Shown in pieces: positions 13,191 through 27,765 of a stretch of 64,000 bases of DNA (positions are counted from its first letter, which is position 1; each line of letters starts with the position of its first letter). Origin of the DNA: Octopus sinensis (lineage: Eukaryota). The notes below the pieces were generated by a model. It was not told the origin of the DNA and made no database searches. It saw nothing but the letters and a program-made list of their open reading frames with translations. The stretch lies in assembly GCF_006345805.1 (NCBI RefSeq), contig NC_042997.1, positions 141,298,001 to 141,362,000 of the forward strand, given 5' to 3'. The position numbers and the translations under genes are program-made.

Positions 13191-13450
13191 ATATAATTAG
13201 CCACACTAACAACCGATGATAGAAACAATTAACAGTAAGTCATTGGTTCGTAAAGGTACTTACCCCGCCTTTCCTCTTGTCCAATGATTTAACTAATTAT
13301 TGGATAATTCATAATCAGAGATATTCATCAATAACTGATCAGCCATTTTTTTATTTGCAGTTGGTACCAATGAGATCCAAGTATTTTTGTAGTTACAATA
13401 AACGAAGGAATAGTTAGACGATCTTGAGAATTATATATATATACACCACC

Positions 13451-13500
<50 letters not shown>

Positions 13501-13730
13501 CGAGTGCGTGTTTTTACGTGAACGAAAATTATTTGCAACAGAAGTGGTCACTTGTTAAAACTACGTTGTTTTCGCACTTGTTTATAATTGCACATTTAGC
13601 CTCACAATAGTGTTCACACAAGTTATTAAGTATATAAGCGCACACACAAACGCAGTTGTGTGTTTATGAGTGCATGTATGTGTGTGTTTGTATATGTGTG
13701 GGTGGTTCTGTATATTTTTGTGTATGTGTT

Positions 13731-13866
<136 letters not shown>

Positions 13867-14679
13867 AATGGTAAAACAACGAAAGAATGAAAGAGACCTC
13901 GATATTATGTAAATAGAGGAATTTATCTGTAAATCATATATATATATACTTACATAAACATGTACACACATATCCACATACAAACATATATACTTATTCA
14001 GATACTCATTTACCACGTTCGCACACTGCCACCTACTTGCGCACAACTTCTGCAAAAGCAACCATTCTCCCACGGATATTATTTCTCCCACTGAACACAC
14101 GCATACACCAGCATACAACCATCCATACATACATTCAATCATACGTATACATACATACATACATACATACATACATACATACATACATGCAAGTACATAC
14201 ATGTTTACATACATACACCCGCATACATACACTGTCCATTTATTTCCTTCAATTTAGCTTAGAACTAGATTATAGAATCATAATTTCACCTTCCTGATTC
14301 TATTATTGCCAAGGGAATCATTATTTAAGGTTCGTGCAGAATGTAACTTTAGAGAAACCTTTAAAAACCTATTAACTATCTAGTTCAAACAAGGATGAAT
14401 TATGAAACCATTGAATATCCACAGTTAAATTCTAACACAAGTTCTTGCATTAGAGTAATACTGCAGCAATTTATTCAGTACGTGACCAAATATATGAGGT
14501 CATGAATGATAAAGAACCACGTGTCATTTGGACCTATTCACGACCTAGCTTTCTATCTGCATTGTAGCTGAAACTCTTTCTATACACTGCTAATGCTAAT
14601 AAGCAAGGAATTACAACCACGCATACTGTCACCAATAAATAATGTGTCTCTCTTGCCTAAATAAAGCTATAATCCGTTT

Positions 14680-15110
14680 TACTATAGGCACAAGGCTTGG
14701 TATTTTGGGGGAGGATATAGTGGACTACACAGATGCCAGTACTTGATACCAAATTCTGCCGAGGTCGACATTGCATTTTATCCTTTCAGGGTCGATAAAA
14801 TATGTACCAGTTGAACACTGGGGTCGAATGATCGACTTGTCCCCTCCCACCAAAATTCAGGCCTTGTGCCTTTAATAGAAAGGATTATTATTATTATTAA
14901 AGTGGCAAGCTGACGGAATCGTTAGCACACAAGGCAAAATGCTTCGCGGCATTTCGTCCGTTTTTAGATTCTGAGTTCAAATTCTGCCGATGTCGACTTT
15001 GCATTTCATCCTATCGGGATCGATAAAATAAGTACCAGTTGTGAACTGGGGTCGATGTAATCGACTTATCCCTCCAACCCGAACTTACTGATCTCGTGTC
15101 ATAATTTGAA
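14680..15110. mobile_element. SINE family A fragments in both orientations
   Basis: Minus tail at 14680-14750 abuts plus copies at 14750-14885 and 14898-15110. Confidence 0.7.
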
Positions 15111-15582
15111 ACCAATAATATTTTTCTTAATATGTTTATATTTCTTTTTCTTCAGAGTATAGAAACTTGATGTTGTGTCATTTATGCTTTATCAAACAGT
15201 ATCAGCAACCCAAGTTAAGTATAAATATCAGGAAGTGAAACTGTGTTTTATCACAGACATCTGACGCTTACATCTTACGTTGCCACACTTGTCGCTTCTC
15301 TCTGTTTTAAAGTCATATGTAACTGCTACAGTGATCGGAGTTTTCTATATTAAGCTACTCTCTTCCACAAAAACAAGGGAAAACAAAATAAAATGAAGTA
15401 AAACGGAATATTAGGGCAGAACCAATAATATCTATTTGATAGATCGCTTCGAATACATTTTAATAATCTTTTTACAATCGGTTTTATTACTTCATCTATT
15501 TATTTTGTCTTTCCTTACTATTTCTATAGAACCAATTTCGTCCACCAAAAAAGCATCATAACGGATACACATACACATAAAC

Positions 15583-15646
<64 letters not shown>

Positions 15647-17484
15647 CACACACGAACACACAAAATATTCGATAACATCGGACATATATATCGATCCGGA
15701 ATTATCTTAACACTGTTGCAGCGTTATTTTATTCACTCGTTCTTATCAATGTTGAAAACGAAATATCGGTATGTTTAACGTTTTATTACCTCCAGCCTAA
15801 ATCTTTTGATTGGGGTAATAAATACAGGGTTAATGAAGAACTTGAAGGGAATGGCAGCTGCGAGAATCATTAGTTTGTTAATTTAAAAGATCGTGCTTGA
15901 TATCCCACCACAAGTAGTGTGATGGCAAAGGCACGCAGTTGTAAATACGTGTCACAAAGTAGTGCATCTCACGAGTAAAGCAGCGTGCGAGTATAAGATT
16001 CATAATGTTTTATTTGAACTGAAACTACAATTTCTAAAGTACTACACTAAGATTCTCATATTTACGATTTCAAACTTGGTAAGAGCTATCTTGAAGCGTA
16101 AAATCATTGAAGCTGCATAAGGGTTATTCACGCCATTGTGCTACATATTATATAAATAAGTACAATGTTGGACCACACGATTAGTTGCTCGTATGAAAAG
16201 ACGTTTGTATCTCATTATTTGATATTGTACCATGATTTCCGTTAGTAATTAAACTTTCATTATGTATTTTTTTACGAGTAATTTTCAGATTATTTGGCCC
16301 AAGGGACTAATTTTAGCAATACCAGCTTTTGTATCAGCCTGAAACATGTGCCAAAGAAAAGTGATGTTTGTTGATCACAGTAAACAGCAGAAAAGTTGCT
16401 TAATTATCAAATATTTTGTTTATGAACCTAAAAAATCTTCAGTGGACGAAGACAATACGAGAAAGAAAAGGAATTTCAATAGAGGCATAACAGTGCATAA
16501 GTCATTTCATTTCATTTTATTCTTAGTGGACACTGAAGTAGGACTTTGTTAGTATTCTTTAAACTGACAATACAATCAGGATATTAATTAAGATATTAGT
16601 TTTCTTCATGGCGTCTTTCCCATCTTCTACACGATTTAAGGTATTAAATCAATATTTCCAGGCCTGCGAGAGATCAGCTTAACCACTGTGGTTTTTAACA
16701 TTCACATCGTAAAATCCTATCATTATGAACTTAAAGATTATCGTATCGAAATTGCCCTTATTAACTGCAGCATTCTTTAATGGACGGAAGCGCAGAGCAC
16801 CGGAAAAAATACAACACTGAAACCATGCTTGAGTAAGGTATTTGACTTTCATACATTCAAGGTCGATACAACAATTAATAGTTTAGATTCAGCAGGCTAT
16901 ACACCTGTCCGATCTTGTACTTATATAACAAATTATTTTGAACAACGCAGCGACATTGTATGCTAGTTATTTACTACATGGTGTGTGTGCGTGTGTGAAC
17001 GACATAAAAATCTGTCTTATTCCCAAATGAAACGTAGATTTAACATTGATGAGGATTTTTCTCATTTTTAATGAATATGCCAATTGTGTTCTTTCAAATA
17101 AACTTTATAATCAATAACAAAGGTAGCACCCAACACATCACTTTTCTACTACTATATACTCTGTTCCCGAAAATTCACTTTACATTTTACAGCTCCACAC
17201 AATCATATTCTAATTGACCAAGTCTGGCATTAATTAATAGTAATTGTAATCTTTACCTACATGCTAATACTCTGGGAGGAAACAGATCCACAATATTTAT
17301 CTTAGGTAAAAAGAAATACTGAATTTTCAAATGTTACTAATATCAGAGAGGACAGCATTAGTTGAGTAGAACGTTAAATTTGCATTTTTCACTATATTCA
17401 TATATAATGCATATATAAATATATGGATATATGTAGTATGTATGTATGTATGTATATATGTATATATATATATATTATATATAT

Positions 17485-17553
<69 letters not shown>

Positions 17554-17759
17554 GAGGTAAGGTTGAAAAGTGCTACACTTTTATAAATACATACATACAT
17601 ACGTATGTATGCATATATGTATGTGTGTGTATGTGCGCATATATGTATGTATTAAATAATATGTGTATGTTTGTGAAATGTAAGGATAAGATGGAGAATT
17701 AAGAAATCAAATGACCTCTTAGTTCTACCCCTTTGTAATTACTTATGTCTCCGCGTAAA

Positions 17760-18830
17760 CTGGGACCTTTCTCTGGTCTTTGCATGCTGTTTAATATGAA
17801 AATCTACTTGCCTGGAAAAATGGACGGTCTTTATGAAGACGATGAGCTCCTAATTCTAAATAATTTCAGCCCATGCGCCACTGATTGATTCAAAAAGAGA
17901 AACTCAAGGACTTCTTTAAGTTCTTACATTTCTGAATAACCGCCGAAGCTCATCTCAGAAAAGTGAGCTATCTTAATGTTTCCTTTGATTATTTTAACTA
18001 CATATCTAAACAATCACTAAATTTTATCGATAGACACTGTAACTTCCCTAGACATAATATTAACTAATTTATAGCGAACATTTCACTTTGGCTTTTAGCT
18101 AATGAACGTATTTTTGACAACGCGTCTCAGAGGATAAAATTCTGCCTCATGACATCTCCTAAACAACACCCCAATAAAAACAATAACAGGAAAAGAAACA
18201 ACCTGATTCTAATTTCCCTTCAGCATTACAGTATTTTCAATGATGTCTCAAATCTTTTTTAAACTTCTTACGAAGTCTTTCTCCTTAAACCATAAACCTT
18301 TCACAAAAATTCTATTGAGCCTTCGTATTCAACCACTCAAAATATAACAAAATCATTAGCCCACCAAACACCGGCTCGTGCAACTAGAAATGCCATCTAA
18401 ATGCCATCTGAAATCTAATTGCATTGCTGGAGGTGTTATATGCCATTACGTAGATAACACTAATGGTAATGCAAAAGCATGCATCGTTATTACTCAAGGT
18501 TTCATTCGCACATGCATTCCTTTAAAACCCATAACAGAAACGAACATCTTTCGTTTTCCAAAGAACATTTCAATATAACATCATTTCAAACGTAGTATAT
18601 TTATCAGAGGAAAGCATATGAAGAGATTAATAATCCCAGAAATCTTTGTACCGTAGAAGGGTACCACATTCTTTCTACAAAGACCCCATTACTCGACTAC
18701 CATTTAGCAAACATTCCGAAAAGCATTAACAGAAAATGTACGCCACATTTATTTTACAAGTCGATCATCTCCCACATCGCAAACAATGGCCTATATCTCT
18801 GCAAGCGTGCCTACATAAGTTAGGTCTTTA
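17760..18830 (+). mobile_element. Penelope-like element remnant (RT C-terminal half + GIY-YIG)
   Basis: GLYEDDEL (like GLYRDDGL), NRKRN..., and CHLKSNCIAGGVIC...NAKACIVITQG (like CPLxGNC...VIY...YIGxT); many stops. Confidence 0.75.
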
Positions 18831-19300
18831 CGTATTATTTTTTTACGTTATTCCATTCATGAAATATTTCATGCTCTTAATTCATTTCCTGACTGATAGG
18901 TTTTCACCTTCACCATTATGGACTGCTGCAAATCGATCAACGCTAACCACGTATTAATGTGTAAGACGTTTTTAGATTTGTTTTGTTTTGTCTTTTTTTT
19001 TTTACAAGTTCAACCAATTTCATTCATGTTTCATCTTTATTCCATTTTTCTCGACATTCTAAGATGAATTGCTGGAATGGCTCTCCCATTACCACTAAAT
19101 CAACAAGGCTGAAGACGTGTATATGAATTCATGGATACATCTTAGTTTCTAAAAATGCCTGTTTAACCACACTCGGCTGTAATATACATGTGTGCGCGCG
19201 TGACTCCCTACACGTACACATAATATATGTATGTCTGTATGTATATATATATGTGTGTGTATGTGTATGTGTGTGTATGTACATATATATATATATATGC

Positions 19301-19356
<56 letters not shown>

Positions 19357-19395
19357 CATATATATACATATATATACATATATATATACATATAT

Positions 19396-19489
<94 letters not shown>

Positions 19490-19670
19490 GTTTAATAAAC
19501 TGAAGCTGTTGAGTCGTCGGGGTTTTACGTAGCAACTGAATACAGTGTCCTGCAGCGTCTTGCTACCTTGGCAATATGTATACTATTATTTACAGGGTAT
19601 ATATATACATGTATATATATACATATATTATATATATATATATATATAATGTATACATATATATATATAT

Positions 19671-20390
19671 ACAGGGTGCCTATTGTCGTCTAAATTATGC
19701 AAAAATGAAAATAACACTGACATCTCATTTTAACAGATATATTTACATAAAATATATCTTGAGATATTAAATAAAATCACCATTGGCTTCAACTACGGCC
19801 TCCAAACGACTGCGGAATCTCCTGCAACTCTTTTGGACAGTCTTCTTGTTTAGCTTGGTCAATGCTGCCATAATCCTTGCCTTCAGTTCATCTTTGGTGT
19901 TACAAGGAGTTTTGTTGGTCTCTCGCTCAACGGCGCCCCATACAACTGGTTGCAGTTTGGGGAGTTAGGTGGTCAGATTTTAGGAATGATGTGGTCGCAG
20001 AAATTGTCTGAGAGTCATGACTGGATAATTCTGCTTGTGTGGCATGGTGCAGAGTCCCGTTGCCAGACATATGAGCTTCCAGTAGCCACCCTCTTGACCT
20101 AGGGCAGCACTACGTCCTCCAGCCACTTGATGTAGGCCACTATGTTGAGTTTGTGGTCGTGTGGGATGATGAACGGAGGTATAACGTCTCCATCACTAGT
20201 GATATCTCCAAACACCATGATACTGACTGGATGTTAGATTTTTATCACTGTCGGTACATGTCCCCAGATTGCACTATCCTCAAATTGACACCCAGGCATT
20301 CTGAAATGTTCGTATTGGAGCTTCCTTCGCGAATGCCAAGTAGTACAGCATGTCGTTTCCAAATTTACAAGTCTGCAAATAATAATAATA
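19671..20390 (-). mobile_element. Tc1/mariner (maT/DD37D-like) transposon remnant, internally deleted
   Basis: End TACAGGGTG at about 19670. Minus translation AYIKWLEDVVLP..VWQRDSAPCH..PPNSPNCNQL..GAVERETNKTPCNTKDELKARIMAA..RRFRSRLEAVVEANG. Confidence 0.85.
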
Positions 20391-20436
20391 ATAATAATAT
20401 TAATAATAATAATAATAATATTTTGTAAGCGCAAAA

Positions 20437-20592
20437 CTTATAAGCAATTACCGTGCAATCACTAACGAAAATAATTTAATATTTGGGCATGTAAGCCCTC
20501 GACTACGAGAACCCTGTTTTATTTTCGTCGAGGGCTTATATACCCCAATATTAGAGTATTTCCTTTAGTTATTGCACGGTGATCGTTTATAA
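20437..20592. repeat. Palindromic MITE-like hairpin
   Basis: About 65-bp arms TTATAAGC..CCGTGCAAT..TAAGCCCTCGAC / GTCGAGGGCTTA..ATTGCACGG..TTATAA with a ~23-nt spacer. Confidence 0.7.
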
Positions 20593-20654
20593 GCTTAATG
20601 CTTATCAAGTATTACTATTATTTACAGGATATATATATATATATATATATATAA

Positions 20655-21770
20655 GTGAAAGGGGTACAGTGATCTTGCTGTGAAGAGTGGAATATCCAAC
20701 GTTTCGGATTCATTCCTTCGTCAGGGGGCAGAGAAAAAGAAAAGATAAATAAAGAGAAAAATGTCAAACAGAGTTTAGATCATCTCAGCTTGAAAAACTG
20801 GCTGTAACTGATAATGGACGCATAATAATACGGGCTGCTAACGTATAACAGAAGTTATTGAAGAGGGCGTGCTGAAAGGAGAAGGAAAAGAATGATGGTG
20901 TGAGTAGAGGTAAGAAAATCCGGGAATGTAACAGAGAGAAGGTGGAAGGAAGTTTAAAAACGGTAAAAAAGAATTAAGACGACATTAAAATAATGAAAGG
21001 AAAAACGTTCACTCATACCTGTTGGGGACATAGTGCCAAGATCAAATATGAGACGTTGCTCCTTTCGTTTTCTGTAGAGTGGTCGAAGGCGAAGAAATTG
21101 AGAGAAAAGTATGGCAGATCTAACGTGTTTAGTGTGAGAGGAAGAGTGCTGGGAGCTAGGAGTGGGAGTCAGTAGGTTTATAGTAGATAGAGGTGGAGAG
21201 GTGGGTATTGTGTATTTTAACGGAGATGTCCAGAAAGCAAACAGATGTATCAGATATGGTACGGGTGAATTCCAAGGCTGGGTGAAAGGTGCCAAAAAAA
21301 GAAATAAAATCGTTGAGCTATTGTCTGTTAAGGCATGTAGTGCCAATGCAGTCGGAAATGTAACGACCATATAGCTCTAGGATGGGTCCAGTCCCACTCC
21401 TACCTGCAGTCCTTTTCTCTCACCCCAAACACATTAAATCTGCCACACCTTGCTCTCAATTTCTTCGCCTTCGACGACTTTACAGTATCGAATCGGATTT
21501 CGAATCCCATTGCAAAACGATGTGACAGTTTTTTTCTATATCGAAGGTAACCTCCATCAGTTGTCGAACTGGCACTCCACCCAACCCGACCCATCAACCG
21601 CATTTCAGCTCTCTTATCATCTTCACGCACTTCCACTGAACCGTATTCCCCCCTCTCTCTCTCACCTTACCACCGGTCCATCCTTCCTCTACAGCTCAAA
21701 CTCACCCACTACTTTAGTAGTCTCTTTCCTGACCAAACAATCGCCCCTGTCTTTTTCACACCGCCTATAC
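20655..21770. mobile_element. Penelope-like element remnant with inverted segment
   Basis: Minus 20655-21385: RYISDCIG..FHPALEFT..HVRSAILFSQFLRLR joined to RKRKEQRLIFDLGTMSPTGMSERFSF. Plus 21390-21770: HPKHIKSA..SQFLRLRRLYS. Confidence 0.85.
20696..20726 (-). ncRNA. Minimal type-I hammerhead ribozyme motif (weak stem I)
   Basis: CC-CTGACGA-A-GGA(ATGAA)TCC-GAAA-CGTT-GG, downstream of the PLE ORF end. Confidence 0.55.
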
Positions 21771-21809
21771 TGTCTTTATGTATGTATATATGTATATATA
21801 TATTCAGAC

Positions 21810-21843
<34 letters not shown>

Positions 21844-23465
21844 CTATATATATATATATTCATATGTATATGCTTATATATGTGTATGAGGAATTATGAT
21901 GATAAACACATGTTCATATCACTTGTTCTTTCTCTGCATTTTATCATTATGGTTATTTGCATCCTCTGCATTAAATAGTCCATTCGATGCGGTACCACGA
22001 CGGATCATCATTATGTTACACAACTAAGGGTTTTGAACCTGTGCAACTAAAAGTCATTGTAGATGAAACGCCGCGGAAAACAGTAAATATTAGGAAGAGT
22101 TGATTCTACGTGCGACTAGAAGATATCTTTCAGAAGAAAATTATACACAGTGTATCAAGTTTATCACGGTTAGAGAGAAAACATAGGTTAGTGATAAAGG
22201 ATGAAATACAGTGGAATGAGGATAAGAAGTGTTGATTGTGTGTTAGTTGGAGTTAGTTGGCATAACTAATGATGGGTTGATGCCAGTAGATGTTTATCTT
22301 GAGGATACAGGCTCGCATCGCATATTTATTGTTTTTCGTTTATTTTCACATGTTTGATATGCTTTAGCGTAGTTTTGGTGTTAGAGGAGAAATAGGCAAT
22401 TATGGCTCATGAGATGTCTGTTAACTACTAGCCTGAGCCCTGAAAGTAGAGCTGGTTATGATGATATCTGGTCCCTTTACTATTTCAAGTAAACAAGAGA
22501 GCTTCTGCCTTTTCACTTGATTTGCTCGAATAGCAGCCACACTTCCATCAAATAATCTTCTACTGTTTTAGAAAAGTCCCTCTAGTAATATCCTACGGTC
22601 GTAGAAAAGGACGCATGGGTTCCCTGCGCGTAAAGGACAAAGTAGTCATGACTAGAATGTCTTAGATCATAAGCTTAGTCGACCACGACTAACCTAGGGT
22701 TAAATATTAATAACATCAGGATTTAAATATTTTCTCAAATTATATATTGTATTTGAAGAGAAAAAAGACTATTAGCTTCCCCTGTTGTTAACATTTATCA
22801 TACAATTCTCTGATAGAAACAGATCTGTGTCAGGTTCCTTTCATACAATTTTCAGTGCCTCTATATAAACATCCCTCAACATAGATTTTTAACCTGCACG
22901 TAATTTATGTCGCCCATTAAGTATATGAACCGGAAATTACTCTTACGACTTTGATATTAAGAATTTTAAAAAATATAGAAATAAATTGGACATTTATTGA
23001 GTGTCAAAAGATTATAAAGAATTACAAAAGAGAAAAAAAAGAGCAAATGGTGCTAAAAGATAGAACTCAACTCACCTCGGTTATTAATCTTGCTGAATCT
23101 ATTTTCATACAATAGAATTACAGTAAATACATACATTTGTACCCCGTTTTTCTTGAAACATAGAAGTCAGTGGGGTCAACAGTTCCACAGTTACTACCAC
23201 AGTGTCTTTCTTTAATCTCGGAACAATCTCAATCGATAGATATTTTCTCCTGATACAGCGAATAGTTAATTGATATTAGGTGTTGCGTGTAACCTCACGT
23301 TTTACTTCTTAACCTATTGTTTGACGGCCACCGCTATTCTTAGTACATTTGAAATTAACCATCTGTTGTCAGCATCCCAATGCACAAACATTAAGAATGA
23401 TAATTTCATTATTATAGTTGTTGTTGTTGTTGTTGTTAATAATAATTATTAGTAGTAGTATTATT

Positions 23466-23970
23466 AAAGCAGCGAGCTGACAATCGTTAGCACGCCGGGA
23501 AAAATACTATGCGGTAGTATTTTCGAGCCTCGTGCCAAGAGAAGAAAAGAATAGTTAGCAGGCCGGGCAAAATTCTTCGTCCGTCTTCATGTTCTAAGTT
23601 CAAATTCCGCCGAGGTCGACTTTGCCTTTCATCCTTTCGGGGTTGATTAAATAAGTACCAGTTTATGCACTGGGATCGATGTAATCAATTTAATCCCTTC
23701 CTCCAAATTTGAGGCATTGAGCTTCCAGTAGAAAGGATTGTTACTGTAATTATTATTTAGGCAGCGAGCTGACAGAATCGTTAGCACGCCGGGCAAAATG
23801 CTATGCGGTATTTCGTCCGTCTTCATGTTCTGAGTTCAAATTCAGCCGAGGTCGACTTTGCCTTTCATCCTTTCGGGGTCGATGAAATATGTACTATTAC
23901 GTACTGGAGTCGATATAATCGTCTAATCCCTTCCCACAAAATTTCAGGTCTTGTGCCTTTAGTAGAAAGG
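23466..23970 (+). mobile_element. Two SINE family A copies
   Basis: Heads at about 23466 and 23757, each with central domain and tail. Confidence 0.8.
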
Positions 23971-23980
23971 GTTGTTGTTG

Positions 23981-24012
<32 letters not shown>

Positions 24013-24456
24013 GTCATTTACTTTTAATCTGCATGTTTGATGCAATCACTTGCCGGGGCACACCCAGCGCCCTAGGGGCAAGTGAAGGTTAAGAGTTGTT
24101 GAAATATAGCTGAAAGCTTGGGGAGGGGAAGTAGAGAAGTATCTCCATGTAATACAACACAAACATTTACATTGATAGGGTTTTTCTAAGGATGTGGACA
24201 GTGCTTGTTAGCACAATCTTTTGGATTTCCTTGAGACATGGTTCTCCAGGGATATTGTCTAGGTGTTTCTGACATCCCTTTTTTTATCACACCTAGGGTA
24301 CCTACAATAACAGGAACAGTTTTTGTTTTAAGATTCCACATCTTTTGTATTTCGATTTCCAGGTCCTTATATTTACTAAGTTTGTCAAATTCCTTTACAG
24401 ATATATTTTTATCAATGGGGACGCTTACCTCTATTAACCTGCAGATATTTTCTTCC
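24013..24456 (-). mobile_element. R4/Dong-clade LINE 3' end within (TAA)n
   Basis: CRLIEVSVPIDKNISVKEFDKLSKYKDLEIEIQKMWNLKTKTVPVIVGTLG..QKIVLTSTVHILRK; flanked on both sides by TAA repeats. Confidence 0.9.
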
Positions 24457-24481
24457 CTTATTATTATTATTATTATTATTA

Positions 24482-24512
<31 letters not shown>

Positions 24513-24631
24513 GGCGATCTCTTAAGATCGGTAACACGTTGGGAAAAATGTTTAGCGGTATTTCGTCCGCCTTTACAATAAGTACCATTATTTGTATTTG
24601 ACGGATATTTGTCCTCATCTTGTTTGTTATT

Positions 24632-24677
24632 AATACAACGTTTCGGCTGATATACCCTCCAGCCTTCATCGGATGTC
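24632..24677 (-). ncRNA. Degenerate minimal hammerhead (core CCGATGA)
   Basis: Same element as 63731-63776 but with U4C and stem I mismatches. Confidence 0.5.
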
Positions 24678-24698
24678 TTGGGGAATTTTCGAACCTGG

Positions 24699-24976
<278 letters not shown>

Positions 24977-25200
24977 CAACTGCATTACTTCAGGCTTTAC
25001 GTCTGAGTTCAAATTCCGTCGAGGTCGAATTTGCCTTTCACTCTTTTGGGGTGGATAAAATAATTACCAGTTGAACACAAAGATCCATGTAGTCGAATTA
25101 TCCCTTCCTCACAACTTGTGCCAAAGTTTGAAGTTATTATTATTATTATTATTATTACTACTACTACTACTACTATAGTTGTTGTTGTTGTTGCTGTTGT

Positions 25201-25232
<32 letters not shown>

Positions 25233-25469
25233 TAATTATTTTATTCGCTGCATAACAGATCGGACGTGTTTTCGAACGCTCCAAGTAAGTTCATCTCAAC
25301 AAAAATTTATTTACACCAGTTTTGGTGTCTGTCTTTTTGCAATAATTGTTTTATTCCAAGTTGTGAATGGAAGCACCAGGAACATATTACTGGTTTTATA
25401 TGGTTGGGTAACCCCCAGAGGGGCGATTTTCGGCCCACCAAATAAATTCGATGGGTGTTAAAATTTAAT

Positions 25470-27765
25470 GGAATCAATACAACTCAACAAGATGGCGGAA
25501 CGCGTCTTGAAAGAGTTGAGGAAGAACAAATCAGACTCTACTACCAATATGGTAATAGATGAAGACTTTTCTCCCCTTCTCTCTGTCACAGGCAGCAATA
25601 CAGGCGAAGGGGAAGAAAGAGAAAAACAAGACTGACATGGTACAAAGTACAAGGAAAAGTAACAATAGTAGCAGTAACACTAACAGCAGCAGCCGTGGAG
25701 TCAATGGCCCTATGGTTAGGGCAGCGGACTCGCGGTCGAAGGATCACGGTTTCGATTCCCCGACCAAGCGTTGTGTGTGTTTATTGAGCGAAAACACCTA
25801 AAGTTCCACGCGGCTCCGGCAGGGGGTGGTGGCGACCCCTGTTGTACTCTTTCGCTCCAACATTCTCTCACTCTTTCTTCCTGTTTCTTGTCCCCGACTT
25901 CCTACGCAACCGCTGAGCCTGGATGCGCATTCATCCATCCGTCGGTGCTCTTGGTGTCGGGGGTTGACCTGCTTTCTCTTCTGCGGACCTTACGAATAGC
26001 AAAGGACCACATTTCAGACTTCTCCCACTGGGACGAAGACCGCTTCGCTCAACAGCAACAGCAGCAACCGCAACATTGACGGCAGCTGCAGCAGTAGTAG
26101 TAGTGAGAGCAGCAACAACCACGAAAAAATAAGCAACAGCCGTGGCAGTAGCAATAACAACAATAACGAGAGCAAAAGTAACGACAGCAACATCAATAAG
26201 AACAACAACAACAGCAGCAGCAACAGTGACATCAACAAAAGCAACGACGAAAACAATGCAAATAAAAATATCAAAATTAGTTTTGCAGCAGCCAAGACTA
26301 AACACCGATATACTGTCGACCTTACAAATACGGAGCAGATGCTCCCAGAAGCATGGAAACTAATTAATCAAGAGAACAGTTGGACAAATCTCACGATCCT
26401 ATCAGAGGCAACTGAAACGGTGGAGAGAAGAACGGTGCTTTTTAGATGCATCTCAACAGCCAAAAAAAAAAGCGGCTTTGATAACCCAAGTAGATACTGA
26501 GGCGGTGCTGAGGTGCATAAGAAATGACATCGGGTACATAGCGAGGGGCAAACAACGGCACTCTTTCGATGCTGTTTAAATCAGAAGACCTCTTTGTGAA
26601 ATATTATATTACCCACTACAAAACAATCAAACTCATCATGTACCCCCCCACACACACACTTGGGGAAACGTACAGCCCGTGTCCGCATTCCTAAAATCCA
26701 CCCAGGACTAGATATTTGGTGGCTTCTGGGATGCGTAATCGTGGAGGGGACGGACACTGTTTCTATAGATGCCAGAAGAACTGCCAGGGAGGACTGGTCA
26801 GCTGTTGACCTGGAGATACTTCACCAGATCAGGCACGAAAACATTAAAAAAAATCCCAGACCACATTCATCACCAGAACGGTGATACATATCATAACTGA
26901 GGGCAAAAGGCCTCATTGTTTCAGGTGTGGAGAAACAAATCAGTTGGCTGCTCGCTGCCGCATACAGACTCCACTGCTGCCTACGCTGGGACGAGAACCA
27001 CAAACATCACCAACACCGGCAAAACCACCAGCAACATCCCCAAAACATTAACCACCTGAGAGGGGAACAAGGGAAGCTCTCCCACCTCTTCACACCAAAC
27101 AAAAATACATACATAAAGATTATAAACAGACACACAGACACAGACATACTTACAGCAACAGACCCTTCACCTTCCAGTAGTGAAGATGAAGGAAAACCGA
27201 AAGGGCCAAAAGAAAAACACAAAAGAAAAGCTCCATAAAGCATAGCAACACCCATAATAAAAATTACAAACACTAGAAAAAAAAATAGAGAAGAGAAGTG
27301 GTTAGTAGCTAAACTAGATGAAGCTATTTGTAGTGGCATTACAACCGATGTCCTAGCAATGAGAATAGCATTAGACCAGTTCTTCAACGCGAAACATGAA
27401 GGTTGCATTGTGAGAGCGAAGGCGCGTGCTCTAAGAAATGAGGGGATCAAAGCTGTTCGATGGGCACACATGGCGGAGACGCAGCGTGGTAACAAAACCA
27501 CAATTTGGTCTTTGACGGACCGAGACGGACACGTGCTGTGCGATTCCAGGCAGATGTGTGAGGCCTTTCGTCAGCACTTCGCTCGGTTGTTCGGACAGAG
27601 TGGTGGGGTGGAGATGGTGGCGGACTTCAACTCCTACATCTACGGCTTGCTGCGTCTCTCGACGGCCGACGCTGAGCGTTGTGAAAGGCAAATAACTCAG
27701 CCGAAAATCAGGATGCCCTTGTCGGTTGTATGAAGCACAATTCACCAGGTTTAGATAATCTACCC

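Noticed and set aside
23076-23250. Minus-strand GAG|gtgagt donor and a DCSEIKERHC... peptide (fibrinogen-like start)
   Set aside because: A stop lies immediately upstream in that frame, there is no good acceptor in phase, and the rest does not follow the FReD pattern.
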